A DNA stretch of 64,000 nt from Gemmatales bacterium (GCA_041640595.1 JBEPZY010000003.1:1-64000), one strand, 5' to 3'; shown: positions 40,252-50,845, counted from the stretch's first letter. Notes: generated by a model from the letters alone, not told the origin. Program-made: numbers and translations.

Positions 40252-41769
40252 TTATCGCTCGCGGTTGCCCGGCACTTGGTGAAGTGAACCAGCAGGTTCG
40301 TCGGATGCGTGCGGGAGCCATTCCACCTGCCACACCCAGCCAGAGCGAGCAAGACGGCTCGCCAGTTCGTAATAGACAAGCGTTCCGGCTGGCTCGACCC
40401 GAATCCGCAATTCCACCGACAGGCCCGATCGCAAGCCCACAGCCCGCCAGTTGTCCAGTTCCATCAGCAAGGTTTGCCAGGCACCGTTCTCGGCAAGCAC
40501 GGCGTAACTGCGCCGCTGAGCCGGCCAGTCAATCCGATTCGAGCGACACACCAGCGTCACTGCACCGGTTTCGCTGGCAACGCGCGGCGACGCTTGCTTC
40601 CCTTTGCTGAAGCCGAAGACTCCCGGAGCAGTGCCCGACCCGATAGTTGTTTCCGCAACCGGCTTTGTCTGACCCTGCGTTGACGTAGCGGCTGGCTTCG
40701 CCGGAATAACAGGCTTCGCCGCAGATGTTTGCTGATCGGCTACGCTTGATTTCGCAGCTGGCTTGGAAGTAATGGCAACCGCACCGGGTTTGCTTGCAGG
40801 CGGATTATGCGGTTCTGCTGTCCAGGGTGTATTTCCTTTTCCGGTTGTATTGGTCGTTGGACTGCCGGGCTGTTCAGACGTCGGCGAGCTGCCCGCTCGA
40901 CTTTCAGACATGCCCGCGGCTGACGAGTTCCTCATGACTGGGTCAGATGAAGCCACCGGCTCCTGCCCGATTTCAATTCGCCAATCTTCCGGCACAAGTT
41001 CGTAGCCAATTTCCCAATCGCTATCTTCCAGCCATTTCGGCACCAGATAATGCAAAACAAACCCACTGGGGCGAACGAGCAGCAGGATATACGGCTTGTC
41101 GCTGGACTGGAGAGCACGCTGCGTTTCCAGTACCGCCTGGCGAAATCGCTCCGCCGCCTGGTCCTGCTCCGCTGAAATAGCCCAACCGCTGGCAAGAAAG
41201 ACCGCCCGACCGTTCACCGCTTCCACCACAATCGGGGGTCGCCAGCTTCCTCGCTGGGCCGGATGCGGTATTAGCTGGTAAATCACTTCCCGCTTTTCCG
41301 GGGCCAATTGCGGCGGAACCTGCATGGCCCGCAACTTCGACGACAGTAAGCGGCACCTTTCGCTTAGCGCTTGCTGTCGTGCCCGAAGCTGATCAATTTC
41401 CGCAAGCCTGTTTTCTACCTGCACGCGCAGAGCGACACTATCCCTTTCAATAGCGGTGCGCTGTTCGCGTAAAAGACGGCTTTCCCGCCCGACAGCGGCC
41501 AGCTCCTCTTCTAAATGTTTAGTGCCCTGCTCAATATGCCACAGTTCCTCCAGCAAGATCAGGGCACTTATGTTAGATGCTGGTTGCTTCACAACAGGCC
41601 GGTCCACATCTAAGCGAAAATCAAGGTGCCTGTTATCTTGACCGCTTCCCACATTATTGCGAGCTTGCTCAGTCAATACCAGCAATAAGAGGGTGAGACT
41701 GCCCAGCGTGCATAGCAACACCGAGAGGAAAGGAAATAAGTCCAGGCGCGGTACATAATGGCGGGGCAT
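40252..41769 (-). CDS. Single-TM coiled-coil protein, ExbD-like partner (TM Asp absent), Pro/Ser/Thr linker
   Basis: LFPFLSVLLCTLGSLTLLLLVL, coiled coil, two similar alpha/beta domains; starts 6 nt after the motor gene stop. Confidence 0.75.
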   Translation of the reverse strand: MPRHYVPRLDLFPFLSVLLCTLGSLTLLLLVLTEQARNNVGSGQDNRHLDFRLDVDRPVVKQPASNISALILLEELWHIEQGTKHLEEELAAVGRESRLLREQRTAIERDSVALRVQVENRLAEIDQLRARQQALSERCRLLSSKLRAMQVPPQLAPEKREVIYQLIPHPAQRGSWRPPIVVEAVNGRAVFLASGWAISAEQDQAAERFRQAVLETQRALQSSDKPYILLLVRPSGFVLHYLVPKWLEDSDWEIGYELVPEDWRIEIGQEPVASSDPVMRNSSAAGMSESRAGSSPTSEQPGSPTTNTTGKGNTPWTAEPHNPPASKPGAVAITSKPAAKSSVADQQTSAAKPVIPAKPAATSTQGQTKPVAETTIGSGTAPGVFGFSKGKQASPRVASETGAVTLVCRSNRIDWPAQRRSYAVLAENGAWQTLLMELDNWRAVGLRSGLSVELRIRVEPAGTLVYYELASRLARSGWVWQVEWLPHASDEPAGSLHQVPGNRER

Positions 41770-41775
41770 ACAGCT

Positions 41776-43011
41776 TCAGGCCGCCCGACTAATCTCGACA
41801 CGACTGGTTAATAAATGCACCGCTGCGGTCAGGCTGTGCAGTGTTTTATTGAGCGTATCGGCCTGAGCCAGGCTTTGCAGGCACTGATGCAAACTCGCCT
41901 GTAATCGCAGCATCCGTTCCTCACCCGCTAAGCATTCCGCCGCTTGCTGCTGAGCTTGAGCCAGTTGATTTGATAAGCTGACCAGGGAACGTGTAACTTC
42001 TTGCAGCCGAGCTATCAGAGGTTTATAGGAGTCAAGCAGTTCCCGATGCCGTGCTTGCCATTCCTGGTGCCAGCGTTGTTCGGTCTCGTGAAACATTAGC
42101 CGCCAGCGGTCGAGTTCCGTACTGATGTGATCACACGCTTGCCGTATATGTGCCTGCCATTGCTCAGCAAAAGCCTGCTGCCAGAATTGCAAGTGTTTAT
42201 GATAACACTGCTCGAACAGGGCTACCAGGTCCTGCTCACGAACCAGCTTGGTCGAATGATTTTTCTGGTGGTAAATATCAAGAGCGGTTCGCAGCAGGTT
42301 GGCTAACGATCTCAGCAGAAGGTCGTCGCGACGCTGGCAGAGAAACAGCAGTAACATGAGTGCCAGAGAGTAAACCAGTGCGACAGCGGTGGTATCGAAG
42401 GCGACAGCTAGACCGGCAGTAACCCCAGAAATAGAGTTGGTTATCTCTTCCGGCTGGACGCTGCCAATCGCTTGCGTAATACCGATCACCGTGCCTAAAA
42501 ATCCCAGGATAGGTATTGCCCAGATAAAGTAGCGAATCAAGGTATATTCACTATCCCTGAGCTGGGCGTTTTCTTCATCCCACTGGGAAAGTTCGTGGCT
42601 CAGCGAGTCGGGATCGCGGTTGAGTCGTTCACAGAATTGCTGCCAGCGTTGCGAGACCAGACTCCTGCTTTCCAGCTCTCCGCATGCTGGTGAAAATCTA
42701 GTATCGCGGTCCTGCTGATTTGGCGCATGGGCGTTCAAACTGAGCTGGAGACGACGCAGATGCCGAAATTCCCATTGCTGACGCACGAGGTAACTGCATA
42801 GGGCGGAGGCAGCCCAGAAAAAGAGGAAAGTTTCCGCATATTCAATGGGGTGACCTGCTGTATAGCGAGAGAACAGAGCGGTATAGTCCGGCCAGGCCGC
42901 CAGGGTTAGATACCAGGTCACCGTAAGCACGGATGTCAGAGTCAGAATCCACGCGTGGAATTTCCAGTTCTGAAAAGGCGATAGTGGTGGAGACGTTGGC
43001 TTGCTGGCCAT
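41776..43011 (-). CDS. MotA/TolQ/ExbB proton channel family protein with long helical C-tail
   Basis: WAIPILGFLGTVIGI and GLAVAFDTT motifs, followed by about 180 aa of helical sequence. Confidence 0.9.
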   Translation of the reverse strand: MASKPTSPPLSPFQNWKFHAWILTLTSVLTVTWYLTLAAWPDYTALFSRYTAGHPIEYAETFLFFWAASALCSYLVRQQWEFRHLRRLQLSLNAHAPNQQDRDTRFSPACGELESRSLVSQRWQQFCERLNRDPDSLSHELSQWDEENAQLRDSEYTLIRYFIWAIPILGFLGTVIGITQAIGSVQPEEITNSISGVTAGLAVAFDTTAVALVYSLALMLLLFLCQRRDDLLLRSLANLLRTALDIYHQKNHSTKLVREQDLVALFEQCYHKHLQFWQQAFAEQWQAHIRQACDHISTELDRWRLMFHETEQRWHQEWQARHRELLDSYKPLIARLQEVTRSLVSLSNQLAQAQQQAAECLAGEERMLRLQASLHQCLQSLAQADTLNKTLHSLTAAVHLLTSRVEISRAA

Positions 43012-43436
43012 GTGTTGGGCCTCTGCATGTTCGTTGATTGGACTGTTTCTTCGATAACATCGGCAGAAATGATAGGCTCGGTAAAATCAAATCCGGGGGA
43101 GAGCGTATAAGCGAGGGAAACTGGCTAAGTTTGTTTATCTAAGCTCGCTTAGCAGAACCGCTATATTTCGGATTGCAGGTGAGCACGGCGTGAATGTTCG
43201 TAATTTTTACAAGCCAGGCTTGTGTCGTTGGGAAGCCTATACAGAACGGGCAGCGTTGATCCGATGGCTCTCTAGGCCGGGTTGGCAAACCGGTCTAGGA
43301 TCGCTCGCATAAGTAGCGCTGCCATCGCTGGTTAAAAAGTTGGTCGCGGAATTTGCCAGTCGTTACTTCATCGGGCATCATACTTGCAGCGAGACAACTG
43401 GCTGTCACAGCGAACCTCACTCACGAAGGAGAAGCT

Positions 43437-43673
43437 ATGGCTTATCTTCCGAAACGCATTGCCTGGCGAGTCAGTTACATTTGGCCGTGCGGGAGCTGCA
43501 TGCTGGGGAGTGACAACCCGCCGCTGGCTGACCAGGGTTATGGAACCAGCTGGCAGCGCGCTTATTTAGAGCGCCATTATCGAGTCCTGGCTCAAACCCT
43601 GCGCCAGGCTGCCGAGTGGCTCGTTTTCAGCTATAGTGTTAGCAAGAGGCCAACCACGAAGTCCGAGGATTGA
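43437..43673 (+). CDS. Candidate small protein (78 aa) upstream of nadE
   Basis: GAAGGAG RBS 5-6 nt before ATG 43437; stop lies 20 nt before nadE; no recognisable motif. Confidence 0.35.
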   Translation: MAYLPKRIAWRVSYIWPCGSCMLGSDNPPLADQGYGTSWQRAYLERHYRVLAQTLRQAAEWLVFSYSVSKRPTTKSED

Positions 43674-43693
43674 ACATCGGCGGGAGCCAGAGG

Positions 43694-45721
43694 ATGCCCG
43701 TTCATGGGTTTGTTCGCGTCGCCGCTGCTGTCCCTCGAGCGCAGGTCGGCGATTGCCAGGCCAATTTGCAAGAACTGCTGCGCCTCCTCGAGCAGGCCAC
43801 TAAGCAAGAGGTGGAGTTAATCGTATTCCCGGAGCTGGCGATTACCGGTTATACCTGCGGCGATTTATTTCACAATCATACACTGCTGCGAGCAGCCGAG
43901 GAGGCAGTGGCACAACTCGCGCAGCGCTCGGCTCAGCTATTCCCCGGCTTGATTACGGTAGGCGTGCCGATCCCGGCCGAGGGTGACTTATATAACTGTG
44001 TGCTCGTCCTGCATCGCGGGCGAATCCTGGGTGCCATTCCTAAGTCTTATTTGCCTACTTATAAGGAGTTCTACGAACACCGCTGGTTTGCTCCGGCAAC
44101 GCAAGCGCGACTTAGCGAAATTCAATATGCCGGCCAGAAGGTGCCCTTTGGGACGGACTTAATTTTCCGTTGCCAGGAATTCCCACAGTGGCAAACAGCG
44201 GTGGAAATTTGCGAAGATTTATGGGTTCCGGTGCCGCCCAGCAGTTACGCAGCTCTCGCCGGGGCCACGGTATTAGTCAATGCCTCGGCTTCGAATGAGG
44301 TCATCGGCAAGGCCGCCTGGCGTCGTACCCTGGTAGCGAGTCAATCGGGGCGATGCATTGCCGGCTATATTTACGCTTCCTGCGGTCATGGGGAATCCAC
44401 GACCGATGTGGTTTACGGCGGGCATTGCCTGATTGCCGAAAATGGCGTGCTCTTAGCGGAGAGCAGGCGGTTTCAGAGCGACGGCAGTCTGATTGTTACC
44501 GATCTAGATGTCGAACGGCTGATATTAGAGCGACAGCGAACAAACAGTTTCGGCTTTGGGAAAGCAGCGTCCGGCACGGAGCAGCGGTGGCGCTACCTGG
44601 ATTTTGCACTCGAGCTCCCGCAGCGTTGGCGGAAACTAATGCGTCGAGTGGACGCTCATCCATTCGTGCCTCAAGAAACAGCCGAATTAGCGGAGCGTTG
44701 CCAGGAAATTTTCCAGATCCAGGTAAGCGGTTTAGCTAAGCGACTGGAAAGCATCGGTAAGCCGCCCATGGTCATCGGCGTTTCTGGTGGTTTAGATTCT
44801 ACCTTGGCTCTCTTAGTATGCTGCCGTACTGCGGATCGTTTAGGTTTGCCGCGCTCCCATGTGCATGCCTATACGCTGCCGGGTTTCGGTACCACGCGAC
44901 GGACACTGCAAAACGCACTGACCCTAATGAAAGAATTAGGCGTGCAGGGACGGTGTATAGACATTCGTGCCACCTGTTTTGAGGAAATGAAAGCGCTGGG
45001 GCATCGGCCGTTCGGAATTTCACTGGAAGATAAGACATTAGACCAGTTCCTGCAGGAACTCCGGCAATTGCTCCGGGAGCGACGGCAAGACTTAGTGTTT
45101 GAGAATGTGCAGGCGCGGATGCGGATGAATTTGCTTATGAATGCTGGCTTTGTAGTCGGCACCGGTGACCTATCGGAGCTGGCATTGGGTTGGTGTACTT
45201 ATGGCGGCGATCAAATCAGCATGTATAATCCCAATGTTAGCATCCCCAAAACATTAGTGCGTTTCCTGGTGCGCTGGGTGGCTGAACATGAGTTTGAAGG
45301 GGAAACTCGCCGGGTCTTACTTGATATCGTCGCCACTACTATTTCCCCGGAATTATTGCCTGCGGGGGAAGAAGAAACGCCGTTGCAGGCGACGGAAGAG
45401 GTAATCGGGCCGTATGAGTTGCATGATTTCTTTCTCTATTATTTCCTGCGTTTCGGCTTCGGACCGGCTAAGATTTTTTACCTATCGCGGCATGCACGGT
45501 TTGATCGAGCATATAGCGATGAGGAAGTGCTGCGGTGGCTGGGAGTGTTCTTGCAACGGTTTTTCGCGCAGCAATATAAACGTTCCTGTTTGCCCGATGG
45601 GCCGAAAGTCGGAACGGTAAGTCTGTCGCCGCGTGGCGATTGGCGGATGCCCAGCGATGCTCGGGTAGCTGCCTGGCTGGCCGAATGGCAAAACATTTCT
45701 TCTGGCCAGGAAAATTTATAA
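43694..45721 (+). CDS. nadE: Glutamine-dependent NAD+ synthetase
   Basis: Nitrilase domain (FPEL, PKSYLP.YKEFYE, EICEDLW) plus SGGLDST, ENVQAR, GTGDLSE, QYKRSCLPDGPKV. Confidence 0.97.
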   Translation: MPVHGFVRVAAAVPRAQVGDCQANLQELLRLLEQATKQEVELIVFPELAITGYTCGDLFHNHTLLRAAEEAVAQLAQRSAQLFPGLITVGVPIPAEGDLYNCVLVLHRGRILGAIPKSYLPTYKEFYEHRWFAPATQARLSEIQYAGQKVPFGTDLIFRCQEFPQWQTAVEICEDLWVPVPPSSYAALAGATVLVNASASNEVIGKAAWRRTLVASQSGRCIAGYIYASCGHGESTTDVVYGGHCLIAENGVLLAESRRFQSDGSLIVTDLDVERLILERQRTNSFGFGKAASGTEQRWRYLDFALELPQRWRKLMRRVDAHPFVPQETAELAERCQEIFQIQVSGLAKRLESIGKPPMVIGVSGGLDSTLALLVCCRTADRLGLPRSHVHAYTLPGFGTTRRTLQNALTLMKELGVQGRCIDIRATCFEEMKALGHRPFGISLEDKTLDQFLQELRQLLRERRQDLVFENVQARMRMNLLMNAGFVVGTGDLSELALGWCTYGGDQISMYNPNVSIPKTLVRFLVRWVAEHEFEGETRRVLLDIVATTISPELLPAGEEETPLQATEEVIGPYELHDFFLYYFLRFGFGPAKIFYLSRHARFDRAYSDEEVLRWLGVFLQRFFAQQYKRSCLPDGPKVGTVSLSPRGDWRMPSDARVAAWLAEWQNISSGQENL

Positions 45722-45796
45722 CGTCGTGAGCGGCCGTTGTAACCCGCCGACTTATAGGTGTTGTTCCGAGCACTATATCTCAAGCGGCTGATCAGC

Positions 45797-47083
45797 TTAG
45801 AAGCGGAAAGCCACACCGGCGGTGAAACCATCGAAGCGTAACAGAGTGCCGCGGTAAGGTGGATTGAGGCTGCCCAGATCGAAATCCACGGGCTCCATAG
45901 CGCGGCGAACGTTGAAGAAACCGGTGAACTCATAGCCGACGCGCACCGCGATAAAGTCGGCAGGATACCACCATAGATACAAGCCCAATCCGAACATGGG
46001 GGAGAAATTCGCATCAATATGCTTGCTGCGGAGCGAAAAACCACCGCTGGACGCCTCAACGCGGGCATAAAAGTCGTCGTAAAACAGACCCCCGCGGAGC
46101 TCACCATTGATGGCCAGACCGTATCCCAGATACAGCTCGCCACCGTAACCAGCCTGGAGGCCGAACAGGTTGTTGGTCCAGGCATTGCGATACTGTCCCG
46201 AAACCACTGAGCCGCCGTCTATGGATAAATCCTCTACTCGGAGCTCGAAGCGTTCAAAAGCCCGCAGGTACCGGCCTCCGAGAGTGGCATAAGTGCGAAT
46301 CACATCCACCAGGGTAAGTGGGAAGCGGAGGTTGAGCTCGTAGTTGAGGAATTCCTGCTTGAAGCGAATCTGGAAAAGCTCGGCACCGTTGAAGATACCG
46401 TAGGCGGGAACAGCATTGCCGGTTTGAATCTCGTCGGGAACGTCGGGATTGGTGCGATGGATGACCAGGATTTGCTGCACGTCGTTAGCCGGCCCGACGA
46501 AGTCAATCGGCACGTTGAAAAACGGTGCATACAGGAAGGTCCTGCTGAAAAAGTCCCCCTGCTGCAAATTAGGCGGGAGGATGGTTGCCGTAGCGGTGCG
46601 GACATGCTCGGGCAGATGCCAGAATACTCCTTCGATGGCCACGTCGTTGGGGAAGCGGTAACCGATTGTCAATCGCAAGCCGGGACGCATATCGTCATGG
46701 CGAACAGCGTCGGAGCGCAGGGCCACTTCGTTGGAACCGAGAATACGTCCGGGAACACCTTGCGGCGGAATTAAGACAATATCGTCAGCCGGTGCACCAT
46801 CGGTCCCGTTCTGATCCACCGTCATCTCGGCAAAAATGTTACCGGCAGTGTCAATCAGACCGCGGCGGACGAGTACCTGCGATTTGATGCTGGAATTGAC
46901 CCGGTAAGCGAGGGCTTCGCCGGCCACGTAAATGCCATCTTGACGGGCCGGACCGAGCGGCACGGGGGAGGGCGTAAAGGGGTCTAAGGTTCCAGGACCG
47001 AGGATCTGAGCATGCAGACAGATCGGCCACAAAGCGCCGAGTGCGATCGTCCATCCCAGCAGCCGTGCCGCCATCCGCTTCAT
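45797..47083 (-). CDS. Planctomycete outer-membrane beta-barrel protein (BBP7-like)
   Basis: Signal peptide, alternating beta strands, NNLFGLQAG, RVGYEF, terminal GVAFRF. Confidence 0.8.
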   Translation of the reverse strand: MKRMAARLLGWTIALGALWPICLHAQILGPGTLDPFTPSPVPLGPARQDGIYVAGEALAYRVNSSIKSQVLVRRGLIDTAGNIFAEMTVDQNGTDGAPADDIVLIPPQGVPGRILGSNEVALRSDAVRHDDMRPGLRLTIGYRFPNDVAIEGVFWHLPEHVRTATATILPPNLQQGDFFSRTFLYAPFFNVPIDFVGPANDVQQILVIHRTNPDVPDEIQTGNAVPAYGIFNGAELFQIRFKQEFLNYELNLRFPLTLVDVIRTYATLGGRYLRAFERFELRVEDLSIDGGSVVSGQYRNAWTNNLFGLQAGYGGELYLGYGLAINGELRGGLFYDDFYARVEASSGGFSLRSKHIDANFSPMFGLGLYLWWYPADFIAVRVGYEFTGFFNVRRAMEPVDFDLGSLNPPYRGTLLRFDGFTAGVAFRF

Positions 47084-47271
47084 AGAAATCTCCCAATCCG
47101 TTCTGCCAGGTCGCTGGCGTGGCGCGCTGGCCCCTGGCCAGTCGAAAACGATGCCTGCAATGGAATCGGCATTACATTCCCTAAACTTGAAAGAAACGTT
47201 ACCCTGCGTTTTCCTGACAAAACCGGCAAAGCTGGCCAGGTTTGCGCAGATTGAGGAATGCTGGCGGCTGG

Positions 47272-48255
47272 CTACGGGGCGCTTTCCGGACTGGCCAGGA
47301 TATTCAGAACGGTGTCCAGTTCGACCGCGGCAGCGACGGCTGCTTCCATTTGCTGCTGCCTGGCTCGCTCCTGGATGGCCCGACAGTCCAGGGCTTCGGG
47401 TAGTTCCACCTCAAACAACCGTGCCTGGTGTTCGATCTCGGTCGCACAGTGCAGGACCAGTTCCACAAACCCATCGGTGTCCAGCTGGAAATGTTCCCAC
47501 AGACGCTCGCGGAGCTTGCCCAGATTGGGGGAATGAGATTGCCAGAGTACCTCCGTGGTCAGATGGGCCAGATAAACCAGCCGGGCCAGTAACGAGGCGG
47601 TTTCTTCGTAATCGTGATGGTAGAGAGTTGCCAGCACCAGGGCGCTCGGAAACTCCCAGCGCTCCAGCAAACGGGCCCCCAGGGCGGCGTGAGAAAATCC
47701 CAGTTCGCAGCGTTCGGCTTCGACCAATTCCGGGCCATGCCGATGCTGGCGAAACTGAACGATGTAGGCCTCTCCAAATGCCTGCGCGAGCACAAGAATG
47801 CCCAGATCGGCCAGTAGTCCGGCGGAGTAAGCCGAATCCTGAGCGACGGCTCCCCGGCTCAGTTTGGCCAGTTGCGAAGCCACCACCGCCAGGCTGAGAG
47901 CCTGTTTCCAGTATTCCGAGCAAAGCTCCCGTGCCGGGCCGCGCGTCATCGTTTCCACCAGGCAGAAAGTCATGGCTACCAGACGTAACGACCGCTGGCC
48001 GAGAAACGACACCGCCTGTCGCAAACTGGTTACCCGCGTTCCCAAACCGTAATGGGCGGAGTTGACGATGCGCAAAACCCGTGCCGCCAGGGCGGGATCA
48101 CTTTCCAGGCATTCCACTACCGCCGACACGGGGAAATACAGGTCGCGGGTCAACTCAAGAATCCGCTGAGCCACCTGAGGGGCAGTGTGCAGTTGGGCCA
48201 CCCGATCCAGAACCGCATCCATGGCGGCCACATCATCCGGTGCGTAGGCGATCAT
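47272..48255 (-). CDS. Stand-alone HDOD domain protein
   Basis: DPALAARVLRIVNSAHYG, QAVSFLG, AGLLADLG, HAALGARLLERWEFP..YHH; GAGG RBS. Confidence 0.92.
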   Translation of the reverse strand: MIAYAPDDVAAMDAVLDRVAQLHTAPQVAQRILELTRDLYFPVSAVVECLESDPALAARVLRIVNSAHYGLGTRVTSLRQAVSFLGQRSLRLVAMTFCLVETMTRGPARELCSEYWKQALSLAVVASQLAKLSRGAVAQDSAYSAGLLADLGILVLAQAFGEAYIVQFRQHRHGPELVEAERCELGFSHAALGARLLERWEFPSALVLATLYHHDYEETASLLARLVYLAHLTTEVLWQSHSPNLGKLRERLWEHFQLDTDGFVELVLHCATEIEHQARLFEVELPEALDCRAIQERARQQQMEAAVAAAVELDTVLNILASPESAP

Positions 48256-48792
48256 GCACCACCTCAGTGATTTTCGGACACGACCGACTTTGCCTGACCG
48301 GAACAGTTCCCGCTCCCGTAGATTGCTGCTCCGTCGCCATCAGGCTGGTGATGTTCCGGACCGCAGGCTGTGCCGGTCGGCGGAAAAATTGCCGTGCTCG
48401 TAAATCCAGCCCGGCCATTCGGACCTTGCCGATCGCGCTGCCTCATTGTGCAACCTTCTTCCACACGGCCACCATCAGCTACGCAAGTTTAGAACGGGAT
48501 ACAGGCAAAAGCAAATCGGGAAGCCGCAGCATTCTGCGTTACACAAAACCGCCTGTACGGGGAGCGGGTGTCGCAAACGTTGCTGGGCGGCCGTCATTCC
48601 GCGCTACGCAAGAATGGCGAGGCAATTCGGCGCCTCCTGCCACCCGCCAGAGACGACGAAGTGCTGATCCCGGCGCTGGTGATTTGGCGGCGCTAGCGTG
48701 ATTGCAAAGATAATGGGTTGCTGATACCGATAGAACGCTCGGTTAGATAAACCGGCCGGTGGTTCGCCGGCATATCTGGATCGCCGGCCGAC

Positions 48793-49182
48793 TCACAGCA
48801 GGTGAGAAAGTTTGACCTGTGCGAGTTTGCGGCGGACTTCGTCGGTAGCGGCCTGGAATGCCTGAGCGAGTTTCTTTTCCAGTGGGTCGTGTCCGTCACC
48901 GAGAAACGTCGTTTGCCCACGCAGGGGTCCTTCGATGGCTTCGACAATTTCCAGCAACGTGATCTGACTGGCCGGACGAGCCAGCCGATAACCCCCGCGT
49001 GGCCCCTTGATGGAGAGCAAAAGTCCGGCACTCACCAGCGGTTTGAGCACTTTCAGCAGGAACCTTTCCGGGATGTCGTGTGCCTGGGCAATCTGGTGCG
49101 AAGCCAGTGCCGATTCCGCTTTTTGCTGAGCGATGTACACCAGGGCGTAAATCGCATAAGCGGTCGCGCGTGTGATTCTCAT
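48793..49182 (-). CDS. Rrf2 family transcriptional regulator (cysteine-free)
   Basis: IPERFLLKVL..L, SIKGPRGGYRLARP..ITLLEIVEAIEG; GGAGG RBS before ATG 49182. Confidence 0.93.
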   Translation of the reverse strand: MRITRATAYAIYALVYIAQQKAESALASHQIAQAHDIPERFLLKVLKPLVSAGLLLSIKGPRGGYRLARPASQITLLEIVEAIEGPLRGQTTFLGDGHDPLEKKLAQAFQAATDEVRRKLAQVKLSHLL

Positions 49183-49671
49183 GACTGTGGCCTCCAACCA
49201 GGTGTCGGACCTGGTAGCCTCCTGTCTGATTCGCTGCTTCCACTAACCGCTGCGCCTGTCGTATCTGGAGGGCAGGCGTTTCCTTCACCGCTATTTTCGT
49301 GCAGGGTGCGGTTCGTAGCGTGCCAGCACGGTAAGGCTGTCCTCTTTATCGTATCCGTTCGCAATCCAGCAAGGACTGTCCGTGCGCCAAAACGGTCTCT
49401 TATCGCATCCACTTAGTCTGAAAATAGTCAAACGCGGTGGCTCTGGCAAGGGGCGGCAAGCAAATGCAACCAGTTTGCCGCGGAAACGCATCGTTGCCAG
49501 GCAGCGGTTGTCCAGCGTACGCGGTCGAAAGCCGTTGCCTCGGGCTATCGGGACGTGGGCAGCGAAACGATTCGGGGAAGATCGGGTGGGGCGATCTTTT
49601 CGAGAGCGGCCTGGACGTTTATGATGGCAGCACGGTCGGTACGATGCCACCAAGCATTCGGAGAGCAGGCC

Positions 49672-50748
49672 ATGATGCCGCTGGAATCGTTACGTGCATG
49701 TGGAAGCAAAATCTGGCTCGATTCGGTGGACCCCGAAGCCATCGCCCGGCAGCTTCCCTGGGGCATTACCGGAGCCACCTCCAATCCCCTGATCGTCGCC
49801 GAACTGATCCAGACCGGTCGGTTCGACACAGCGCTGGAATCGTTGCTGGAGCGGGTCAGGGAAGATGAAACCGTGGCCTGGCAATTGACCGACCAGCTGG
49901 TCAGCCAGGCAGAGCAAGTTTTTCTCCCCATCTGGGAGCGCACGGGCGGGGAAGATGGTTACGTCAGCTTCGAACTGGATCCCTTGCCGGAGGCGGAAAA
50001 CTGGCCAACGGTCGAACCTGCCCGGGTCGAACGCTATGTGAGCGAAGCCGTGCACTGGAGCCGGAACCATCCGAACCGATTGATCAAAGTCCCGGCAACA
50101 CCGAGCGGACTGCAAGCTTTGCCGGAAATTGTCGCCCGCGGTGTGAACGTCAATGTTACGCTGATTTTCACGGCCCGGCAGTACACCCAGGCACAGCAAG
50201 CCGTTTGGCGCGGCGCCCAGGGGCGTCCCCATTTGCGGTCTTTCAAGTCGGTTTATAGCATCTTCGTCAGCCGGCTCGATGTGTATGCGGATAAATTCCT
50301 CGCTCACCTCGATTTCGAGACCCGAGGTCAGCTGGGCATCCTCAACGCCAAACGTATCTGGCAGCTCCATCGGGCCTGCTGGCGAGAACGTCCGACACCG
50401 CTGGCGCAGGAAATCGTCTTTGCCAGTACCGGAACCAAACGACCCGGCGAGAAACCCTGGAAATACCTGGAAGCGTTTGCCGGCGGGGACATTCTTACCA
50501 ATCCGCCGACCACGCACGAGCAAACCCAATCTGCCGGCATTACCTTCACTCGCCGCATCGAGGAACTGCCGCCCGACCCGGTCGTGGCTGCCCTGGATAA
50601 GCATGTGGATTACGAGCATCTCGAAGCTACCTTGCTGGCCGAGGGCGTGGAAAAATTTGTGCGACCGCAGCGGCAATTGTTGGACTTGATCGCCAGTCGC
50701 CGGCTTGGCATAAAGAGCGGCGCTGCACCGGCCGGTTCACTCCGCTGA
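49672..50748 (+). CDS. tal: Transaldolase family protein
   Basis: IWLDS, GATSNP, GYVSFELDP, IKVPAT (Schiff-base Lys), NVTLIF, SIFVSR, FASTGTK. Confidence 0.9.
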   Translation: MMPLESLRACGSKIWLDSVDPEAIARQLPWGITGATSNPLIVAELIQTGRFDTALESLLERVREDETVAWQLTDQLVSQAEQVFLPIWERTGGEDGYVSFELDPLPEAENWPTVEPARVERYVSEAVHWSRNHPNRLIKVPATPSGLQALPEIVARGVNVNVTLIFTARQYTQAQQAVWRGAQGRPHLRSFKSVYSIFVSRLDVYADKFLAHLDFETRGQLGILNAKRIWQLHRACWRERPTPLAQEIVFASTGTKRPGEKPWKYLEAFAGGDILTNPPTTHEQTQSAGITFTRRIEELPPDPVVAALDKHVDYEHLEATLLAEGVEKFVRPQRQLLDLIASRRLGIKSGAAPAGSLR

Positions 50749-50845
50749 GAATTCCGCCGCAGTCGCTCCCGGTTACCTTGGGGGCAAGGCCTGACGCAGC
50801 CGGTCGGGCATTTCCGCCCAACGGGACAGGTGGTCGAGGCGAACC

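Noticed and set aside
39012..43011. Zorya anti-phage system
   Set aside because: No OmpA-like ZorB domain and no ZorC/D/E helicase or nuclease genes; kept only as an architectural analogy.
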